A DNA stretch of 64,000 bases, from the IMG/VR virus record IMGVR_UViG_3300014050_000019. One strand, given 5' to 3'. Of the stretch, positions 17,906-25,216 are shown one piece after another. The notes beneath the pieces are model-generated. The model saw only the letters and a program-made list of their open reading frames with translations. It ran no database searches and was not told the DNA's origin. The position numbers and the translations under genes are program-made. Every line of letters begins with the position of its first letter. The first letter of the stretch is position 1. This DNA is from an uncultured virus (IMG/VR IMGVR_UViG_3300014050_000019) (lineage: Duplodnaviria; Heunggongvirae; Uroviricota; Caudoviricetes).

Positions 17906-18901
17906 CGAGTTCCAAGATCTGTATTCCATGTCGGATACAGAATTTTTAATGCAGGCTTTTATTTCTTGATCAGTCATATCCCCAGCATCTTTTGCATCAT
18001 GAGGATATATCTTACCATATTCATACGAAGCCCACAAGAGGTCTTTGAATTTTAATTTATTGGCTATACTATATCCTAATTCCCTACCTGCAAGGTCATT
18101 ATCTGTCATAATAGTTATTTTATTAAAATGTCTATTTAATAGATTGTGTTGTTCTGTTGACAAAAATCCTCCCAGTGTTGCCACAACATTTGGAAATCCA
18201 GCCTGATGTATACGTATTGCATCAAAGCTTGACTCAACAATTATAACGTGATCACCAATTTTTTTGGCACGATGTATATTAAATAATGTTTTGCTTTTAG
18301 GCAGATTAGTACTATTCTTAAATGCTTTACCTTCAATTGATCTACCTACAATTCCTATAGCAATCCCGTCTGGAGAATGAACTGGAACTGTAACCATATT
18401 CATATTTTCTGAATACCCTAACTCAAAGTGTTTTATTGATTCTAGATCTATGCCACGAGACTTAAAATACTCCTGAGCTTTATTGTTTGATATAAGTCCA
18501 GCATGAAGTTTATTTAGTGTATCAACAGAAAACTCTTCAAACACGGGTTTCTCTGCCATTGTTTCGGCTAACAGTTCATCAAAATTTTCTAGCGCTTCTG
18601 CTTCTTTAGATGATATAAAACGCATTGCCTCAAACTCTGTTTTACTCATTACACGTTTAACTAATTCCTGTAATGTTCCAGCTTCACCACATGCTGGGTT
18701 AAAACAAATAAAGGCACCCTTTTCACGACTTACGCTAAAACTTGAGGTGTGTCTATTAGAATGAAATGGACAGTAGCATAGAAAGTCGTTACTAGTCTCT
18801 CCAACAATATCAAGCCCTATTGATTTTAGGACTGACTTGATATGTGCTGGCGTGTAGTGCGTGGTATCGACTTCCCTTGTGTTATACCCTCTAATTGCCA
18901 T
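17903..18901 (-). CDS. DNA primase (DnaG-like: CHC2 zinc finger plus TOPRIM)
   Basis: CPFH...CFNPAC, VES.FD, DND.AG, KDAGD. Start likely ATG 18901. Confidence 0.92.
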   Translation of the reverse strand: MAIRGYNTREVDTTHYTPAHIKSVLKSIGLDIVGETSNDFLCYCPFHSNRHTSSFSVSREKGAFICFNPACGEAGTLQELVKRVMSKTEFEAMRFISSKEAEALENFDELLAETMAEKPVFEEFSVDTLNKLHAGLISNNKAQEYFKSRGIDLESIKHFELGYSENMNMVTVPVHSPDGIAIGIVGRSIEGKAFKNSTNLPKSKTLFNIHRAKKIGDHVIIVESSFDAIRIHQAGFPNVVATLGGFLSTEQHNLLNRHFNKITIMTDNDLAGRELGYSIANKLKFKDLLWASYEYGKIYPHDAKDAGDMTDQEIKACIKNSVSDMEYRSWNS

Positions 18902-19128
18902 GCCTTCTTCTTTCCCACATAAACACCATGGATGCTCATTAAGAACTTCCATGTCTCGCCTGTAAATTCTACCGAAAAAGCTGGATCTATGTCAAGTACT
19001 CTGACGTATCCCTTGCCCCTCATGTCTTGAATTAACAAATTTTCATACTGTGGCCTCAAGCTAATTAACTGAGAATTATCTTGAAACTGAACATCTATTT
19101 GAAATCTTTTAATTTTTCTGTGAGTCAT
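18826..19128 (-). CDS. hypothetical protein
   Basis: ORF track; start likely MTHRKIK at 19128. Confidence 0.6.
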   Translation of the reverse strand: MTHRKIKRFQIDVQFQDNSQLISLRPQYENLLIQDMRGKGYVRVLDIDPAFSVEFTGETWKFLMSIHGVYVGKKKAWQLEGITQGKSIPRTTRQHISSQS

Positions 19129-20359
19129 TATTAATATCTGGTAGGTTCTCATAAATCGGAGTAATGACACCACGATTAATATCCCAGTCAAGATAGAAAT
19201 CGAACTCATGTCCGTGTCTATTCTTTCTACTTACAACTTCAATCATATTGGTTCCTGGATATCTGTGGATAGCCATTGCCATATCAGCATCATATTCAAT
19301 TGCCTTTGACCAAGCTACTTGGCTCATCATTGGAGGATTTTCTTGATCTGAAATATCATCTGCAGTTGCAGCAGTAATATCTATTACTGGAATGTTATTT
19401 GACACCGCAAGAAGTTTAAACTCACGAGAAATATTACGGTTACGTTCTACTTCAGAGTTACTTCTTTTGTTATCATTAAATAGTTGATGGTAATCTAAAA
19501 TAACTAAGTCTGGTTTATGCTGGTCTATCTTACCTTGGATAGTTGCAGGAGTTACTTCTGCTGTTCCTTCATTTGATACAAGGATGAAAGAATTCTTTCC
19601 AGCAAACTTTTTCTGACCCCAAGCTTTAAACGTGTCAACATCTACATCTCCTTTTGAGAAATCAGAAGCCCTAAATAATCCAGAGCCCATCATTGTATAG
19701 ATACGATCACGCATATTCTCAGGAGACATTTCAAGAGAAACAATCATTGGCTTAAAGCCCTGCTCCCACGCCTTACATGCTAGATAAGAAGTAAACCATG
19801 TCTTACCTTTTCCTGGCCAACCAATAGCAACAATTAAATGTCCTGGAGCCATTCCCGTAGGATACGCCTTATCAATAGCTTCAAAGCCTGTTAGAATTCC
19901 TGGACTTCCGCCCATTACTGCGGAACGTTCTTTTACTGAAAGAAAATGATTTTCTGCTGCTTCTAAATCAGTAACATCAACGTCACGGACATGATTAGTA
20001 AACTTGGACAAAGAAGCTAATTTACTTTGCATCTCTGAAAGAACACGAGATGCGGCATCTTCTTTGAGTGCTGAGCCAGACTGAATTAAAATAGATTTCA
20101 GCTTACTAGAAAGATATTCATTCTTTAATTTATCTAAATAATATCCAGTTTCACCTTTAGTTGTTACTGGCTCAAAATCTTTAAATCTTTCTACCAAGAT
20201 ACCGACTTCTGGAACAGCCTTAAACTTATAGTAGTAAGATTTTAGTGAGTCCCATATGTCACGATGTGATGTAAAGATCTCATCTACATTATCGGCGAGG
20301 AGTGTACTGATATCCTTATTCTTGCACACTGCGGATATTAGTTCTGCTTCTGTATTCAT
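19109..20359 (-). CDS. dnaB: DnaB-like replicative helicase
   Basis: Walker A GWPGKGKT, SLEM, ILDY, IEYDAD, KNRHG. Confidence 0.95.
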   Translation of the reverse strand: MNTEAELISAVCKNKDISTLLADNVDEIFTSHRDIWDSLKSYYYKFKAVPEVGILVERFKDFEPVTTKGETGYYLDKLKNEYLSSKLKSILIQSGSALKEDAASRVLSEMQSKLASLSKFTNHVRDVDVTDLEAAENHFLSVKERSAVMGGSPGILTGFEAIDKAYPTGMAPGHLIVAIGWPGKGKTWFTSYLACKAWEQGFKPMIVSLEMSPENMRDRIYTMMGSGLFRASDFSKGDVDVDTFKAWGQKKFAGKNSFILVSNEGTAEVTPATIQGKIDQHKPDLVILDYHQLFNDNKRSNSEVERNRNISREFKLLAVSNNIPVIDITAATADDISDQENPPMMSQVAWSKAIEYDADMAMAIHRYPGTNMIEVVSRKNRHGHEFDFYLDWDINRGVITPIYENLPDINNDSQKN

Positions 20360-20676
20360 TCTTCTTCGCCCTCTACCATCTTCTTCGTCGCTTCCCTGAG
20401 AACACGACGGTTAGTAATATCTTTTTCAATCTCTGCTTTTAGATAATCAATCTTGTCAAAATTATAAAAGAAGAAATTGAGCGGATGCCCAGACTTACTA
20501 GTTTTAAAATAATATACAAGAAGCTCTACTGCACGATCATATCCTACACTATCTATTACGTCTTGCATAGCCCACTTCTCACGAAACTTATTAATGCGTG
20601 GTTTTCTGCCATACTTTTCTAAGTATAAAGATTCATACAGGCCAATTAAAACATATGGCTGCTTCTCATTTGCCAT
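20356..20676 (-). CDS. hypothetical protein upstream of helicase
   Basis: ORF track; coupled to dnaB. Confidence 0.6.
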   Translation of the reverse strand: MANEKQPYVLIGLYESLYLEKYGRKPRINKFREKWAMQDVIDSVGYDRAVELLVYYFKTSKSGHPLNFFFYNFDKIDYLKAEIEKDITNRRVLREATKKMVEGEEE

Positions 20677-20872
20677 TCTTTAATTCCTGCTCTACTTCAC
20701 GAGTTTTTTCAATAAGCTTATTCTCTACAAAGGTATAGACCCTCTCTGTGGCAGAATCTACGTTCTCGCCTTTTCTAACATCATCTTCAACGCCAATATT
20801 AATTCTTATGCTTTCATAGTTTCCTAGATTGCGTGTGAACGATAGATCCACCTTCACTCTTGTTTCTGCCAT
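20666..20872 (-). CDS. phage hypothetical protein
   Basis: TRNLGNYESIRI motif; start ATG 20872 overlaps the upstream stop. Confidence 0.65.
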   Translation of the reverse strand: MAETRVKVDLSFTRNLGNYESIRINIGVEDDVRKGENVDSATERVYTFVENKLIEKTREVEQELKNGK

Positions 20873-21354
20873 TACTCCGCCTTCCATACAGGTACAAATT
20901 TTCCATCTTCTGTCTTAGTATACAATATTAAATTATGTTTGAGAAGAGCCTTTAATTCTGATTTTGAGGGAAGATCCCTAATATGCCCAGCATCAATAAT
21001 AAATTGATGAATGTCCAATATGTCCGATTCAGACAACATGTACTTAGACCATTTACTATCTGGGTTACTAATTGGATACATTTTTTGAGGCTGTTTAATT
21101 TTGCCCTGCAAAATATATTCTTCTATAGTAACCCTGTGCCTTCCTAGAATTTTACTAACTTCTATTACGGTATAGGCTTTTTCCATATTCTTATCTACTT
21201 GAGAATAAGAATACATAACTCTTTTTTTATCTAGGTAGCACCATGCAATTAATTCGTCTTTTGCTCTTGATAGTTTAAGTACTTTGTGTAGCTTACCATT
21301 TAAGAAGAAATAGACGAATTTTTTGCGTAGTCCCTGTCTGTTTTTTCTAGCCAT
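20872..21354 (-). CDS. MerR/Xis-like HTH DNA-binding protein
   Basis: YTVIEVSKILGRHRVTIEEYILQGKI. Confidence 0.7.
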   Translation of the reverse strand: MARKNRQGLRKKFVYFFLNGKLHKVLKLSRAKDELIAWCYLDKKRVMYSYSQVDKNMEKAYTVIEVSKILGRHRVTIEEYILQGKIKQPQKMYPISNPDSKWSKYMLSESDILDIHQFIIDAGHIRDLPSKSELKALLKHNLILYTKTEDGKFVPVWKAE

Positions 21355-21488
21355 TTACCGAATGCATTCGTTTCTTTATTAATCATCCACCGCTTTCCGC
21401 AAAGGATGCAAAACAATTCTGTATGAAGTTTTTGAGAGAATACCCTATCGATAAATACTCTTCCATTACATCTTTGACACTTCATCAT
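21300..21488 (-). CDS. zinc-ribbon protein
   Basis: CQRC...CILCG. Confidence 0.65.
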   Translation of the reverse strand: MMKCQRCNGRVFIDRVFSQKLHTELFCILCGKRWMINKETNAFGKWLEKTDRDYAKNSSISS

Positions 21489-22285
21489 AGCGAGAATGTC
21501 TTCCCATCAACAACACATGAATAGTCTGGAGCAATATGGATCATCTGAATATGTGGATAGTCATTTACAATATGAGCAATAGCAAATCCCTTTTGCCAAT
21601 CATGGTGTTGACTATACTTCATTCCTGGCCCCTTTTCATCACACATGTGACCAATTTCATATCCACGAAGGGTTTCTCCTTCTCCGCCGTTTCTAAGTTC
21701 ATATGTTACCATATGTGAAGCGATTCTGTGTGAGTGACCTCTGATAAGAGATACCTGTAAATCTTCCATATCTTTACGAACTGAACCAGTTGCAGCAATG
21801 GAAATTCCGTGATGTACGTGAACGTCTCCAAATCGACGCTTAGGTAGTTCGTTATAATAGATATACTCATAACCAAGGGAGTCCAACGACCATAGTGTTT
21901 CTGGTGTTACTTCCTTCATATAGTCAGGAAGCTTGGCATCCATATAATTGAAAATACGAACATCGTGATTACCTAATGCTGAAAACAATTGAGCATCTGG
22001 CAACATCTCACGAGTCTTAGTATAAAAATCTCTTGCACCCTTAGCTTCATGTCTCATCATGGGAACAATTAAATCTTTACTATCTGTTTTATGTAAATTC
22101 AAGAATTCGGCTGAGCGACCTTCTGTGTATTTACTGTAGCAGGCTTGATCATCGGTATCCCCAAGATAATCTACTACGTCTGGTTTAAACCATTTCATGA
22201 CTTTAAACCATAGCGCAATCATCTTATCATCCTGATAAGGGAATTGCTGATCGGATGACAACATCCATTTTAAATCGTTTGTCAT
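21485..22285 (-). CDS. calcineurin-like metallophosphoesterase
   Basis: SD, LGD, GNHD, HHG and GHSHR motifs. Confidence 0.85.
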   Translation of the reverse strand: MTNDLKWMLSSDQQFPYQDDKMIALWFKVMKWFKPDVVDYLGDTDDQACYSKYTEGRSAEFLNLHKTDSKDLIVPMMRHEAKGARDFYTKTREMLPDAQLFSALGNHDVRIFNYMDAKLPDYMKEVTPETLWSLDSLGYEYIYYNELPKRRFGDVHVHHGISIAATGSVRKDMEDLQVSLIRGHSHRIASHMVTYELRNGGEGETLRGYEIGHMCDEKGPGMKYSQHHDWQKGFAIAHIVNDYPHIQMIHIAPDYSCVVDGKTFSL

Positions 22286-22300
22286 TTAACTTCCCTGCGT

Positions 22301-22325
22301 AAAAAAGGGTCACGGAGTCGTGACC
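22301..22325 (-). terminator. intrinsic terminator-like hairpin
   Basis: GGTCACG-actc-CGTGACC followed by cTTTTTT. Confidence 0.7.
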
Positions 22326-22339
22326 TTGGTATTATCTAA

Positions 22340-22367
22340 ATTGTAGCATATAAAATTGGCTTGTCAA
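22340..22367 (-). promoter_or_regulatory. strong sigma70/SigA-type promoter heading the replication block
   Basis: TTGACA-16-TACAAT with TG extension. Confidence 0.75.
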
Positions 22368-22373
22368 TAGGTA

Positions 22374-22796
22374 TTATGCAATTGCTATAAAATAAAATCT
22401 ACAGTTTCCGCCGTACTTTGCATCTCCGCCAACGCATCTAACCTTACACGATGCCGAAGATTCTGTTGCAGAAACTACTTGCGGCGAATAAATTAAAGCC
22501 TGATTTTTTCCTGAATAAGATTGAGTTAATATAATTGATTTAGGCTTAGACCCTAGGCCAGAATAATTAATTGTAAATGTGGACCATGTTCCTGTTTTTA
22601 ATTCAACAATGTCAGATAGTCCAGAAATAAATTTAGGTATTGTTAGATCTGCTGCAGTAGAGGGCTCAAGGTTAATTGTGGTACCTGCAGTAGTAGTCTT
22701 TGGAATACTAGCCTGAAGCTTAGCAACTTCCTGCGCTAAAGACTGTATTACTGATGCATCAATTGGATCGCCGTCATTAAATGTAGGTATTGCCAT
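22374..22796 (-). CDS. putative minor virion protein
   Basis: Short helical N-terminus plus beta-rich C-terminus ending FYFIAIA; end of tail module. Confidence 0.5.
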   Translation of the reverse strand: MAIPTFNDGDPIDASVIQSLAQEVAKLQASIPKTTTAGTTINLEPSTAADLTIPKFISGLSDIVELKTGTWSTFTINYSGLGSKPKSIILTQSYSGKNQALIYSPQVVSATESSASCKVRCVGGDAKYGGNCRFYFIAIA

Positions 22797-23200
22797 TATA
22801 AGTTTTCTCCTAAATCATGTGCCAAAATTTCTTTTTCTGACACCTCAACTAATTTTGACCTATCTAAACCATATCTAATAAAAGAATCTGGATCAACAAT
22901 GTGTCTTAGTTTATTTTGTGATACTAGATACATTTTACCATCGGAGACATTCTTGATCAAAGCGCCGTCTCGAAAGCCTAATTTACCTACTAATTTAATT
23001 CCTGATAAAGCTACCTCAGTTGCCAATACCGTAGTAAAGCACCAAGACTGGGCAGCCCTATCTGAAATCAATTTATATCTTTTGCCATCTTTTATCCAAT
23101 ATGTTGCTGATTCTGTTTTTACAGCAATTCCAGAAGGAAAATTAGTTGGCGATGTTATCAAGCTTTTCTGAATAGGCTTCTGCCGCTTCAAATTTAGCAT
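22796..23200 (-). CDS. hypothetical protein with two internal repeats
   Basis: G..VK....Y.I..GKR... unit occurs twice. Confidence 0.6.
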   Translation of the reverse strand: MLNLKRQKPIQKSLITSPTNFPSGIAVKTESATYWIKDGKRYKLISDRAAQSWCFTTVLATEVALSGIKLVGKLGFRDGALIKNVSDGKMYLVSQNKLRHIVDPDSFIRYGLDRSKLVEVSEKEILAHDLGENL

Positions 23201-23345
23201 CTTTTTCTTTCTCTTTTTGAGTTAGTTGTTCCATAGCATTAGTATAGTCTGCACGTAAAATTGCAATTTGAGTTTCATAGTTTGAAACTAATTCTCCAAT
23301 ACGTTGCTGTAATGCTGTAATTACTAAGTCGACTCTGTCGGCCAT
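23142..23345 (-). CDS. coiled-coil hypothetical protein
   Basis: ORF track; heptad pattern. Confidence 0.6.
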   Translation of the reverse strand: MADRVDLVITALQQRIGELVSNYETQIAILRADYTNAMEQLTQKEKEKDAKFEAAEAYSEKLDNIAN

Positions 23346-23351
23346 TGTTTC

Positions 23352-23582
23352 CTACTCTTCTGTAGTTGAAGTCAAGGAATCTCTTTCCGTGACAAGGGCT
23401 GCTCTTTTTGCATTTGCAGCAGCAATTCTAGTATTAATATTTGAAACCTGTGAAGCATCTGGATTTGAAGTAGAGTTTATCTCTAGCAAATCCAACTGCA
23501 GGCCATAAATTGAATAATCAACAGATTTAAGATGCTGACTTACAATGTTTAACTTTTCTTCATTTGTTAGTTCAATAGTCAT
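23352..23582 (-). CDS. coiled-coil hypothetical protein
   Basis: GGAGGAGG RBS and upstream TGgTATAAT (23600-23608). Confidence 0.65.
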   Translation of the reverse strand: MTIELTNEEKLNIVSQHLKSVDYSIYGLQLDLLEINSTSNPDASQVSNINTRIAAANAKRAALVTERDSLTSTTEE

Positions 23583-23600
23583 ATTAACCTCCTCCCATTA

Positions 23601-24506
23601 TTATACCACTTGGTAGACTTTTTTCAAAGCAAAATCTATCCCAGCAAATTGTTCGTATTCAGCCAAGGTCCTTGACGAGCCTAGAGCATACTCCCCAACA
23701 ATTTTATTTTCAATGATATTGGCTAATTCGTATTTTGATTTTTCATCTATATATTTAATCTCTTTAGGGAAATCTTCTCCAACCTGACGCCTTTGATTGT
23801 TTTCACCCCTAGTGCCATCATAATAAAGATGATATATATTTTGTTTTTTAGGAAGGAGTAAGTCATATCCATGAGTATACAATCTCATTGCTGTAAGTAT
23901 TTCTTCTGCCCAAAAATACATATCTTTATTTGGCTTGATGGCAGCAATACCTCCATCAGAAAATATAGAGCCCCCAGAAACTGATCTAGTAAAAATATTA
24001 TTATCAGGATTTGCTACTGCACGTTGATGAGGAATATAATCCCCATTTATAAAACTAAGATCTTGAATAAAATCTGTGTAAGATACATTTGTTTTATCGT
24101 TTAATATATTTAATCCATTTTCATTATATTCATAAGCTCCAGGATAGCAAGACAGTACGGGATTTAAGCCTATGTCTTTATAAAAATTATAGTTTTCAAT
24201 TAATGATTTATCCCAGCCTTCTTCAAATCTAGTGTGGGAATCAATTTGTAAATAATAATCTTCTCCATTATATAATTCATTAGCTATATGCCTAGACGTT
24301 CCCTGCCCTAGATTATTTGGGGCCTCACTTATTTCTATTTTTATATTATTAAGATTTGGAATATTGATATCATTATTTCTATAATATGAAAGATGTACCC
24401 CAAAGTTAATTTGATTTTCTCCAGAACTTTTATACATGGCGTCTCTTATTGTTCTTCCTAATTCATAGTCGTGATATGACGGTATTTGAACAAATACTGA
24501 AGACAT
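23601..24506 (-). CDS. GT60-like (GlcNAc-transferase family, GT-A fold) glycosyltransferase
   Basis: VFVQIPSYHD.E, EDYYLQIDSHTRFEEGWD, YF.AEEI...RLYTHGYD, YHLY and LGS.RTL.EYE.FAG motifs. Start ATG 24506. Confidence 0.85.
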   Translation of the reverse strand: MSSVFVQIPSYHDYELGRTIRDAMYKSSGENQINFGVHLSYYRNNDINIPNLNNIKIEISEAPNNLGQGTSRHIANELYNGEDYYLQIDSHTRFEEGWDKSLIENYNFYKDIGLNPVLSCYPGAYEYNENGLNILNDKTNVSYTDFIQDLSFINGDYIPHQRAVANPDNNIFTRSVSGGSIFSDGGIAAIKPNKDMYFWAEEILTAMRLYTHGYDLLLPKKQNIYHLYYDGTRGENNQRRQVGEDFPKEIKYIDEKSKYELANIIENKIVGEYALGSSRTLAEYEQFAGIDFALKKVYQVV

Positions 24507-24787
24507 TACCATTTACCTATAGGACAGGAAGCATGCTTAACTTTTGTTTTTAATGCCATAAAACAGCCACACTTTTTACACTGTTTTGTCATGTTAATTA
24601 ATTCTGGGCAAGACAGGCAGATTGAATATCTTTGATCAGCCACTTCTTCTTCAGCCCTCATACTTGGGTCTAGTAAATCCCAGGGCCTAGCGTCTCTGTC
24701 TTCTTGAGGTACAGGATTTTTTGCAGCCTCTTCTAGTTCACGTTGTTTTTTTTCTTTAAACAATTCCCATTTATTTTTTTCTGTCAT
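24506..24787 (-). CDS. DUF6171-like Cys-rich metal-binding protein
   Basis: R..IC.SCP......QCKKCGCFM..K......CPIGKW. Confidence 0.75.
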   Translation of the reverse strand: MTEKNKWELFKEKKQRELEEAAKNPVPQEDRDARPWDLLDPSMRAEEEVADQRYSICLSCPELINMTKQCKKCGCFMALKTKVKHASCPIGKW

Positions 24788-25176
24788 TCTAATTCTCCTG
24801 GCAATACGAACTCATTATTAATATATTTCCATCCTGGAGCAATATATTCAGCATACTTGTCTTTTTCAGTATACCCAACAACTTTAGCATCAGAAAGCAA
24901 TATAGAGTATATCATCTCATCGCATGCTAAAGTCTCAATTATTTCATTATCTTTAATTAAATCTACATAAAACTCTCCATTAATTTCTGGAATAGATCCT
25001 TCTTTAAATTCATCTATAGTTTCCATGAAATCCGCAAACCACCTATCTGTGGCCATAGTCAATACTACTTCCGAGTCAATAATAAAGGCCAGCGGCTTAC
25101 CGCCTTCAATATTATTTTCTATCCTATTTTGTTTTACTCCAGGAGTAGACCAATCTATTTCGCTATATCTAATCAT
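24784..25176 (-). CDS. hypothetical protein, possible fibre assembly factor
   Basis: Directly downstream of the fibre gene; weak internal duplication; C-terminal GWKY...F. Confidence 0.55.
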   Translation of the reverse strand: MIRYSEIDWSTPGVKQNRIENNIEGGKPLAFIIDSEVVLTMATDRWFADFMETIDEFKEGSIPEINGEFYVDLIKDNEIIETLACDEMIYSILLSDAKVVGYTEKDKYAEYIAPGWKYINNEFVLPGELE

Positions 25177-25182
25177 TTCAAT

Positions 25183-25211
25183 ATTGTATCATTTCTATAA
25201 GATTCTGTAAA
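25183..25211 (-). promoter_or_regulatory. leaderless promoter for the three-gene GT cassette
   Basis: TTTACA-17-TACAAT (TG extended), ATG 6 nt downstream. Confidence 0.65.
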
Positions 25212-25216
25212 GGGTA

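Noticed and set aside
5239..20359. Inteins or introns in TerL, RecA, DnaE or DnaB
   Set aside because: Lengths are normal, frames are continuous, and no C...HN splice or LAGLIDADG motifs were seen.
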